A model generated the notes under the pieces. It did no database searches, had not been told where the DNA came from, and saw only the letters and a list, made by a program, of their open reading frames with translations. Made by a program: the position numbers and the translations under genes. A stretch of DNA of 43,807 nucleotides from a virus (lineage: Duplodnaviria > Caudoviricetes), in IMG/VR virus record IMGVR_UViG_3300033146_001939, positions 1 to 43,807 of that record. One strand, given 5' to 3'. Positions 17,305-25,309 of this stretch are shown one piece after another. Every line of letters begins with the position of its first letter. Position 1 is the stretch's first letter.

Positions 17305-18063
17305 TTAATAAGATTCATAGTTACAGTTACAAGTACATGCATAATTACAGTTACAAGTACAATAGTTACAATCGCATGGGCATACTGGCGCCGTGTAGTT
17401 ACAATCACAAGTACAAACGTAGTTACAATCGCAGGTACAGTTATAATTACAATCGCAGGTACAGTTATAATTACAATCGCATGTACAATCATAGTTACAA
17501 TCGCAGGTACAATCATAATTACAATCACAAGTACAAGCGTAGTTACAATCACATGGGCAACCAGTATTATTACAATCACAAGTACAGGCATAGTTACAGT
17601 TACAAGTACATGCGTAGTTACAATCACAAGTACATAAGTAGTTACAGTCGCAAGGACAAGCAATATAAGTAACACAAGTACACGCAGTGTAGTCACAATC
17701 ACAAGTACAAGCAGTATAGTTACAATCGCAAGTACAAGAATAGTTACAGTTACAAGAACAGATCACACCGTCGAAATTAGCATCCTCTTCAATGATTAAC
17801 AGATTTAAGAAATTATCATTTGTTAAGGGTGTGGGTGAAGTGTCGTTAGCAGAGATCAAGTCTCCAGAAATCATGTAATAGACTTCTGAGTCTCCAGCAT
17901 ATTGAGATGCTGAAAAACTTTTTGCTACTGTGTTAAACATTAATGAGACTTGAAATGTCGGAGCAACACTGATGAAAGTAGCTCTTACTTTAGCTATTTT
18001 ATCAGGAGGACAAGTATACGCGTCATCTTTGTATAGTCGTTTAGTTATTATCGTTTTAGCCAT
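17305..18063 (-). CDS. Cys-rich repeat protein (N-terminal beta domain plus 18 CxCxCNY repeats)
   Basis: ATG directly after the upstream TAA with GGAGGA SD; same strand and operon as the fibre genes; synonymous variation between repeats keeps the Cys frame. Confidence 0.8.
   Translation of the reverse strand: MAKTIITKRLYKDDAYTCPPDKIAKVRATFISVAPTFQVSLMFNTVAKSFSASQYAGDSEVYYMISGDLISANDTSPTPLTNDNFLNLLIIEEDANFDGVICSCNCNYSCTCDCNYTACTCDCDYTACTCVTYIACPCDCNYLCTCDCNYACTCNCNYACTCDCNNTGCPCDCNYACTCDCNYDCTCDCNYDCTCDCNYNCTCDCNYNCTCDCNYVCTCDCNYTAPVCPCDCNYCTCNCNYACTCNCNYESY
17308..17760 (-). repeat. coding tandem repeat, ~24-nt unit encoding C-T-C-D-C-N-Y-x
   Basis: 18 units of 21-33 nt, e.g. acaatcgcaggtacagttataatt repeated exactly. 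Confidence 0.9.
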
Positions 18064-18606
18064 TTAAGTTCCTCCAAAAAGGTCTTCGTCGAATAGAAAA
18101 TTCCCGTTCGTTCCGATTTTCTGATCAATTTCTTCTAAAACTTCTTGAACATCGTCACCAAAGAAGTTATCAAAGGGAATATTATTAACTGAAATTGCTG
18201 ATGCTGGATGAGCCCCGATCGCCATGTTGACATGATCAGCAGTTAAACTTGAGATCAACTGCCATGTTTTATCGCCACGTAAATACTGTGAGCTATCGCC
18301 ACCAGCTGGTAAATGAATTAATGAATTCGCCGCATGATTTTCCGCTATCTGGATTCTGCCCTCGAAAGGTCCATTTCCAGAAGCAGCATAACCAATAAAT
18401 GCAGTCAAATCTGTTTTCGTGAATAAAGAAGAAACTATCTTTAAAGGACTTCCTGGAATTCCGGTAGCTTCTGTTATTAAAATTCTATCTGCGAATCCTA
18501 GGGTACTAACTCCAGTACCACCATGCTCTGCGGGTAAAATATTAATCGCTCCGGTTAAATCATATTCCACGTACCTGTTGTCTAATAAGTCTGCCATATT
18601 TTCCAC
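18064..18606 (-). CDS. fibre-like structural protein (alternative start ATG 18597)
   Basis: LPAEHGGTG fibre motif, YLRGD.TW, and an HPASAI...VQEVLEEI motif shared with 18636..20930. Confidence 0.65.
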   Translation of the reverse strand: MENMADLLDNRYVEYDLTGAINILPAEHGGTGVSTLGFADRILITEATGIPGSPLKIVSSLFTKTDLTAFIGYAASGNGPFEGRIQIAENHAANSLIHLPAGGDSSQYLRGDKTWQLISSLTADHVNMAIGAHPASAISVNNIPFDNFFGDDVQEVLEEIDQKIGTNGNFLFDEDLFGGT

Positions 18607-18627
18607 TTTTTATAAATTGTTTAAAAT

Positions 18628-18635
18628 TATTTATA
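18628..18635 (-). promoter_or_regulatory. T4-type late promoter TATAAATA
   Basis: Exact motif immediately after the stop of 18636..20930; would drive the 18064-13326 genes. Confidence 0.7.
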
Positions 18636-20930
18636 TTATTGAGAGAACCGCCATCCACCACTATTGTTATAGAAAACTAAGAAAATCATAGAGTGGTCAG
18701 TATCAAAAACTTTAGAACCAGCAGCGCCCATAAACGGTTTACCATTAGGGTCGATTGTTAGATTATTAGTTGAAAACGTTCCGCCAAAATCCATGATTCT
18801 AATCACTTCCCAGTTTTCTGGTGTAGCTGGTAGAGTAATAGTGAACGGACCATCTGTCGTATCAGCTAAAATCTTTTCCCAGTGTTTTGCGTTATAAACA
18901 GCGTTCTTAAAATTCCAAGTTTTATCATCAGTGTGAATAGCATCAAAATCTAGTAAAACCTCTTGAACATTATTAGCTGAAGTATTATCAAGAACAGTTC
19001 CGTCAGCAAAAATAGCAGAAGCATAATGAGCGTTTGTAGTTAAATCAATATGTGATGTAAGCGCAGTTAATGCAGCAGTATCTAATTCAGTAAAAGCGGT
19101 TTGCCAATCTTCGACGTTCTCAATTCGCGTGTTCATTGAAGATAAAGACGTTGTTGATGCGCCACTTAAATCTACGTAACCATATTTTTCATAAAATTCT
19201 AAAATATCACCCGGTTCAAGACCCTTATGCATATTAACGATAGCTGAACTTACTTCAGTATAGTCAACATCTAATATTTGTCGAACACGGTTCACATATA
19301 ACTCAAGAGCTTTATCGCCGATACTATATTTAGCGTTGTTAGGTAAAACTAGATCAGTATCAGGTAAATGAACTTCTTGAATAGTAAGAAATTCACGCAT
19401 GCGAGTGTAAGGTGAAGATGAATAATTCCATATACCATAAAACACAGCAAAACTATGAAAAATCACTGTTGGCTCATTCCATTTAAACTTTAAGTAGAAT
19501 TGAGTAATTGGCACGACACTTTGAATCGTTTCATTAAGATCAACATCAATCCATTCTGGACTATTAATTGCTGGTGGAGCAGCGGGGTCACTTTCAAAAA
19601 GAGTATAAGCAACAGAAAGACCTGCGTTATTAAACTTATCTGTTAAAGCATGGATGAAGAATGTGAATGAGTTATTTTCGTCCTCAGTTCTCCAAATGTT
19701 TTGAGTTATCACGTAGCTATCAAGCAAAGGATCAATGGTTTTATAAGTACTATTCTCAGTATCGTAATCTACGTTCACAGAAATTACAGTACTATCTTGC
19801 CCTATCTCGTCGAACAAATCATAGTAAGCGTCGCCATAACAAGTTTTATCTAGAATTTCAGCAAAGTATTCCAACTCGCATTGGTTGTCAGATGCGCCAT
19901 CCCCAGTTCCAAATATCTTCCATTCAATACCATCGTGCGTGTATTCCCAACGATTGATAGACTCATTATATCGAATACCAGTAGAAGGGTGGTCACCTCT
20001 TCGAACCATTAAGCTGAAATAGTCACTAGGAATTCCAGTAGTTTGGCGATTATTAACAACCATGCTACCGCCCTCAAGAACAAGCTTAGCATTCTCTCCA
20101 ACGACCGCGTCTTTTTCAGCTAAGAAACCTTCGTCGAAAGTAATAACACCTTCAGCATGATCATCAATGTCTTTTCTTAAAAAGAACTCGTCAGACTGGA
20201 GTTTTGTGTACATGTTCTGACTCAACACGTCTAACAGAGCTTGAATATCAGTGTCTGAAGAAGTGAATAATCTAAAATAATTTATTCCATCATAACTGAC
20301 TTCATAAAAATTATCATTGACTCCGTCATTTGAGTACCGAATGTAATCAGTAAAAATACAGCGGTTGCGCTCAAGATTTAAAGCGAAAGTCCCTCTTACG
20401 ATCGAAATATTATGAATTAAAATATTATTATCATCTAAAGAGATAAAGTTTATTTTAGGCATATCACCTGGAACAATAGCACCAGTTTCAAAAGTATAAC
20501 TTTGGCGTACTCTGAGTGGTGTGTCGAATTCGTCTATTTCATGTTTCAAAATAGTGGTCGGTGGATTTAAATTCGATTTATTATAGAAGTCAATAAACTC
20601 AGAATTGCCCATAGTTTCAAAAGCAACACGAATATCAGCAGAAGCTACGAAATCAACAAGTAAAGTATAAACTTCGTTTGCTTTTAGTTTAAACATGTCT
20701 TGCTTGAACCAGTCTCCATCACCAAGATGAAATTCATTTCCATCTATGGTGGTAGAAGAATCATAACTTGATACCTGCTTTAGCCCAGCAAAAACTTCAA
20801 CGTTGTCCATATGAGGATTAACGACATAGTTTTCCATGCTAGATTCACTGAACTCGTCAATAAATTTATTATAGATGCTTTTAATGTTAAAAAGCGATGC
20901 ATTATTCGGAATTATGAAAGTTTCATTCAT
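18636..20930 (-). CDS. large virion/fibre-network protein (764 aa)
   Basis: N-terminus paralogous to 21475..23691; LELYVNRVRQ..DY.E module; C-terminal DTT.GPFTITLPATP...D..GTF.TNNL domain. Confidence 0.65.
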   Translation of the reverse strand: MNETFIIPNNASLFNIKSIYNKFIDEFSESSMENYVVNPHMDNVEVFAGLKQVSSYDSSTTIDGNEFHLGDGDWFKQDMFKLKANEVYTLLVDFVASADIRVAFETMGNSEFIDFYNKSNLNPPTTILKHEIDEFDTPLRVRQSYTFETGAIVPGDMPKINFISLDDNNILIHNISIVRGTFALNLERNRCIFTDYIRYSNDGVNDNFYEVSYDGINYFRLFTSSDTDIQALLDVLSQNMYTKLQSDEFFLRKDIDDHAEGVITFDEGFLAEKDAVVGENAKLVLEGGSMVVNNRQTTGIPSDYFSLMVRRGDHPSTGIRYNESINRWEYTHDGIEWKIFGTGDGASDNQCELEYFAEILDKTCYGDAYYDLFDEIGQDSTVISVNVDYDTENSTYKTIDPLLDSYVITQNIWRTEDENNSFTFFIHALTDKFNNAGLSVAYTLFESDPAAPPAINSPEWIDVDLNETIQSVVPITQFYLKFKWNEPTVIFHSFAVFYGIWNYSSSPYTRMREFLTIQEVHLPDTDLVLPNNAKYSIGDKALELYVNRVRQILDVDYTEVSSAIVNMHKGLEPGDILEFYEKYGYVDLSGASTTSLSSMNTRIENVEDWQTAFTELDTAALTALTSHIDLTTNAHYASAIFADGTVLDNTSANNVQEVLLDFDAIHTDDKTWNFKNAVYNAKHWEKILADTTDGPFTITLPATPENWEVIRIMDFGGTFSTNNLTIDPNGKPFMGAAGSKVFDTDHSMIFLVFYNNSGGWRFSQ

Positions 20931-20941
20931 ATTTAACTCAC

Positions 20942-21469
20942 TTATATGTCAAGTTGTAAAAAGTTAATAATTTTGTTTATTTGTTCTTGTTGCGCTTTGA
21001 TCGCTTCGACCAAAAGTCCGGTTAAACTATTATAAGAAATACCGATGATTTTTCCTTCATCATCTCTCGAAACAACTTCCGGTAAAATTTCGTCTACCTC
21101 TTCAGCAATCAATCCCATATCAGGAGCGCCTGATGCTTTCCAGTTAAACGTTACACCTTTTAAGCTCATGATTAAAGAAATAGCACTTTGAATTCTTTCT
21201 ACGTTTTCTTTAAACTCAATAGAAGAAGTCGAATGAAATTTATTAGCGAATAACGCCCCCTCAGAATCTCGTTGTGGGATAGTGTTTGGTATTGACCATA
21301 CAGAGGATCCGTGAACGCTACTAGTGAGGTTGATGTGGTTTGTAAATCCACTAGATTCCATCTCTTCTAAAAGACGTATATAATTTAAAGTAGTTTTATC
21401 AGTAGGTGTTGGTGTTACGGTTATCTCTCTACCGATTCCCTGTACTTCTTTTACAATGTGTTCAGCCAT
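20942..21469 (-). CDS. short protein with Peptidase_S74 intramolecular chaperone
   Basis: SSIEFKENV...LKGVTFNWK...GLIAEEVDEILPEVV...Y..L..LLVEAIK.QQ.QI. Confidence 0.85.
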   Translation of the reverse strand: MAEHIVKEVQGIGREITVTPTPTDKTTLNYIRLLEEMESSGFTNHINLTSSVHGSSVWSIPNTIPQRDSEGALFANKFHSTSSIEFKENVERIQSAISLIMSLKGVTFNWKASGAPDMGLIAEEVDEILPEVVSRDDEGKIIGISYNSLTGLLVEAIKAQQEQINKIINFLQLDI

Positions 21470-21474
21470 TTTTA

Positions 21475-23691
21475 TTATCCATTGTTAATAGTGTTTGTTT
21501 GTGCGAACCAACCAGTGTCCCCACCAACAAAAATCATTTTTATGAAAGAATATTGTTTAAACCCTACATAATTCTCGAAGTTCTTCAGAATCTTTTCTGT
21601 GTTGTGTAGAATAATTAAATTATGTTGATCGAATGTTCCATCAGCGTCAACGAAATGAACCTCGTCACCGATCTCTGGATTATTTGGTAGATCCATAGTT
21701 AGAGGACCTGCTGACGTGTAAACCAAAATGCGTTCGCCAGGAGCAGTATTTCTACTTATGTCACCAATAGTCCAATCAGATAGTAGTTGACCACTACCGA
21801 TGTTACTATTTCGCCAAACCCCGCCAATAAATTGGAGTAGTTCGTCTTCAACTGGAGCAGAATTATAGATGACATCGTCAAGATCAGCAAGAAGTCTAAT
21901 TCTCTGGGTTGGTTTATTCACCCATTCGTCAGCAGCTAAATCAAACGTTAGAACATCTCCGTCACTTAAAGAAGTAAGATTCACGTCAGTCAGAGAAGAA
22001 ACATCTGAAATATATTGATGATGAGTCCATTTATGTAAACCCTCATAAACCAGAACAGAATCAACCGGCGGTTCGTCAAGAGTATAGTCAATATCAACAT
22101 CATCAAGATCATTTAATTCTCTAGTGAAATTCGTGTTCGTTAAATCAAAAGAGAAATATTCTTGGAATTCTATAATATCCCCGGCGGTTAAGTTATCCAG
22201 CATAGAAACTTGGTTGCTTCTATACGTGTGACCAACTTCAACCTCTTCGTAATTATCGTCCACGACCAGCTTCAGACCATTTTTAAAAACGTTTAATGAT
22301 TTGAAATTTTTATGATACCACTTACCGTTTGGAACTGTGATAGTCGTTGGAACAGTCGTGTCAGCAGGAACAGTGTATTTTTCTAAGAAGTTATTATCGT
22401 CTTGAATAGAAAAATCATCCACGCCATAGAGCAGTCCATAAGAATAAACATTCGTTTCATTAAGACCGCCAAAAGTAACCTTTATTTTCAAGAACTTAAA
22501 GCCGGCGGACACATGAACAATTTCTTTTAATCCACAATTAAACGGACCAAACCATGTGACGTCGTCTTGGCTATATTCATATTCTATAGTGATATCATCA
22601 ATGTTGTTAAAAACATGCATATAGAAATAGAACGTGTAGTGCATATCATCATTATTGATAATTAAATCGCTAATATCAAATGAGTTCCCAGCCAATCCAT
22701 GAATTCTACCATAACCAGTGGAATCTTCTGTTTCAGTATAAGTACAGCCATTCAGAACAACGTTTTCTTGTTTCATTAATGAGTTATAAGTGACATTTTT
22801 AAAATCAGAATCTTCTAAAAGCGCTTGATAAGTAACGTCCTCTTTAGTCCAATCACCTTTTCCTAAGAAATCTAAATTATCTATATCAGTGGAAATAGTG
22901 ATCATCGGAGTTACACCATCTGGTAAAACGTCAGGAGTAATTTCTATTCCAGTACCACCCATTATATTATCTTGGTGGATTAAATGCTCAGTTCCAGCAA
23001 AAATTAATGCTGTTATTCTAGCAGTGAAATCATATCCTTCAGTCCAGATACGTTCCCATGTATTAGAATTATCGATCGAAATCTCCCAGTAATTACCAGT
23101 GTTATTCCATCGAATGAGTTGTCCCAGTTCGTTATATTCTGCGGCGAGCAAAGCAATTGTGCCCTGAGTAAGAACGATATTTTTGAACGACACTTGAAGA
23201 GTAGTCGCAGAATCTTTATAAACTCGTAGAACAACATCAGAAAGGTCGCCAAGCAGTCCAGTTTTGAATCTAAGAACGTTCACGCCGGATTGAATGGTAA
23301 CTTCAACATTATTAGTTATTACGCTATTCGCCACGAAATTGTCACCAGCTGAAAATACGCTAAACTTAAGTTCTGGATCTTCTAGATCAACATCTACTTC
23401 TAGGATTGCTACGTATTCTTTATCATTTTTTAACTCAAGACCCTGTTTTATGCTACAAACATTTGAAAACTGGTATGTAACTATTTCATTGTCTATGTCA
23501 ATAGCTGTTGGAGTGTTGAGATCAACATTTTGTGCATTCCACCAGAAAACTAATCCCTCGCGCATAGAACTAAAATGCGGGTTTATAATTTTATTATGAA
23601 ATTCTTGTAATCCTAAATCAGCAACGAACCGCTTGTAGCTGTTTTTAAAATTAAAAATAGATGAATTTTCTAAAATATTATAATGATTCAT
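21475..23691 (-). CDS. large virion/fibre-network protein (738 aa)
   Basis: Paralogue of 18636..20930; three L.DL.DV......G.VL.(Y/F)....W.N repeats; same C-terminal LP..P..GD.V...D..GTF domain. Confidence 0.65.
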   Translation of the reverse strand: MNHYNILENSSIFNFKNSYKRFVADLGLQEFHNKIINPHFSSMREGLVFWWNAQNVDLNTPTAIDIDNEIVTYQFSNVCSIKQGLELKNDKEYVAILEVDVDLEDPELKFSVFSAGDNFVANSVITNNVEVTIQSGVNVLRFKTGLLGDLSDVVLRVYKDSATTLQVSFKNIVLTQGTIALLAAEYNELGQLIRWNNTGNYWEISIDNSNTWERIWTEGYDFTARITALIFAGTEHLIHQDNIMGGTGIEITPDVLPDGVTPMITISTDIDNLDFLGKGDWTKEDVTYQALLEDSDFKNVTYNSLMKQENVVLNGCTYTETEDSTGYGRIHGLAGNSFDISDLIINNDDMHYTFYFYMHVFNNIDDITIEYEYSQDDVTWFGPFNCGLKEIVHVSAGFKFLKIKVTFGGLNETNVYSYGLLYGVDDFSIQDDNNFLEKYTVPADTTVPTTITVPNGKWYHKNFKSLNVFKNGLKLVVDDNYEEVEVGHTYRSNQVSMLDNLTAGDIIEFQEYFSFDLTNTNFTRELNDLDDVDIDYTLDEPPVDSVLVYEGLHKWTHHQYISDVSSLTDVNLTSLSDGDVLTFDLAADEWVNKPTQRIRLLADLDDVIYNSAPVEDELLQFIGGVWRNSNIGSGQLLSDWTIGDISRNTAPGERILVYTSAGPLTMDLPNNPEIGDEVHFVDADGTFDQHNLIILHNTEKILKNFENYVGFKQYSFIKMIFVGGDTGWFAQTNTINNG

Positions 23692-23700
23692 TTTATAACC

Positions 23701-25296
23701 TTAAATTATGATTTTGAATGTTTCAAGACCATCAATATATTTTCTATATACTGGCATCTTATTGGCTAGATAAAATAATGTGCCAGTTTCGTTCACGTGA
23801 TTATTAGGATCGAAAAATGTTGTTGCTTCGCTGTAATTTGGTCCAGGGTTGCTGCCGGAACCACATTTTACTAAAGCGAGACCATCATAATATTCTGGTC
23901 TCCAACTAATGAAAATTTGGCGATAGATATCTTGCGTGGGAGTAACATTGTTTAATTCAGCAGACACAAGAATTAAATTAAAGTTCTCGGCCATACCAAA
24001 ATCAAGATCTTGTGTGACAGCATATTTCTTTTCAATCAGAGTGTTAGTTAACACGTCCTCGTCAATCACCAGTGTTTCGATATCTAAGATATTCGTGTTA
24101 GCAATCTCAGCAGCCTTTTCGATGAAATAGTAATAACTTGGGTTATCAACAATCTCAGTTCCCACTGGATAAGGTCCAGGGATTTCAAAAGCTAACTGCA
24201 CGTTAGGCTGATTTAATTGATAAAGACCAACAACGTTAAAAATAGATTCGTCAATATCTTTTGATCTTACGTAAGAAATTGGTAAGCCTGGAGGATTATT
24301 ATCAGCAACCGGAGCAATATGTGATTCTACTGGTAAAGATTCTCTAAAAATAGCAAATCTGTTGTTGATATTATCAGCAGTCGTAATCTTGAAGCGCACG
24401 TTGCGTTCAGCAGTTAATGAGCTGTTTGGATCGTTAGTTATATGTTCACTAACCTGATATTTAAAAATGAATTCTGGTTGCCCATGCTCAGTTATGATTG
24501 TTTCATCATATTCGATTGAGTCAACCAAAAGTGCTCCATCCTTATCGATTAAGAAAAAAGCGGAATTTTTCGCAGTGTTTGTATTCTCAAGCCAGTCAAT
24601 AAACTCAGCGCCAATACCAGTAATATGATATTCGCCATTGATATTAACTCTTCGTTCTAAATCAGAACAACCTGGAGCAATATCAGCGACAGTAGCATTC
24701 GTTACGCCGTGTGAAGCATATTTAAGTTGAACTCTAGTTGAAAGACCAGGGTGCTCAAATTCTCGAATTATGTCCACCTCTAAAAGATTGTTAATATCTT
24801 TAGCATAATTAAATATAAAATACTTATAGCTTTTTTGTTGCGTGTCGTCGTATAAACTGAATTCGTATGTTGGATCAATTCCACGAATGTTAATCCATTT
24901 ATCATTTATGAAAATACATTCTAGATAATCAACTCCATTAACGATCCCACCGTTCGCATCGTCTGTAAGCCAGACTAATCTGTCTGTTACGTCTACGGGA
25001 TAATCTGACTCGCCATCAGCGTATTCAAACCTAGCCATATGGATGGCCGTAGTTCCTGCACTAGAGATATTTAAGAAACGATGTTGGTCATCAAAAATAC
25101 CACCAATGTCGCCAATTACACCGTTCGGCCATTCTTGCCCTGATGCTTTACTATAGCGAATAAGTGTTCCTTGACCCCAAGTTTCGTGCTGACGATTAAA
25201 ACCAAGATAGCATTCACCACTTCTAAGTAGTTCATACATTAATCTTAATTCATTATTAATTGTCGCACCTGATAATAGACTAAATTCTACAGCCAT
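23701..25296 (-). CDS. baseplate wedge protein gp8-like (enlarged)
   Basis: N-terminal YLGFNR...W and C-terminal YRQI...GTLFYLANKMPVYR....ETFKIII match gp8 termini; follows gp7. Confidence 0.65.
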   Translation of the reverse strand: MAVEFSLLSGATINNELRLMYELLRSGECYLGFNRQHETWGQGTLIRYSKASGQEWPNGVIGDIGGIFDDQHRFLNISSAGTTAIHMARFEYADGESDYPVDVTDRLVWLTDDANGGIVNGVDYLECIFINDKWINIRGIDPTYEFSLYDDTQQKSYKYFIFNYAKDINNLLEVDIIREFEHPGLSTRVQLKYASHGVTNATVADIAPGCSDLERRVNINGEYHITGIGAEFIDWLENTNTAKNSAFFLIDKDGALLVDSIEYDETIITEHGQPEFIFKYQVSEHITNDPNSSLTAERNVRFKITTADNINNRFAIFRESLPVESHIAPVADNNPPGLPISYVRSKDIDESIFNVVGLYQLNQPNVQLAFEIPGPYPVGTEIVDNPSYYYFIEKAAEIANTNILDIETLVIDEDVLTNTLIEKKYAVTQDLDFGMAENFNLILVSAELNNVTPTQDIYRQIFISWRPEYYDGLALVKCGSGSNPGPNYSEATTFFDPNNHVNETGTLFYLANKMPVYRKYIDGLETFKIII

Positions 25297-25309
25297 TGTT
25301 TTTCACCTT

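Noticed and set aside
17254-17702. Alternative ORFs over the repeat (V/I/T-rich minus frame; plus-strand 127 and 111 aa)
   Set aside because: Shadow frames of the stop-free tandem repeat. They lack SDs, and the 252-aa frame has the SD and operon coupling.
17308-17760. CRISPR array or DGR template/variable repeat
   Set aside because: Units are contiguous with no unique spacers, lengths are multiples of 3, and variation is mostly synonymous in the Cys frame. No reverse transcriptase or separate TR/VR pair is in the window.
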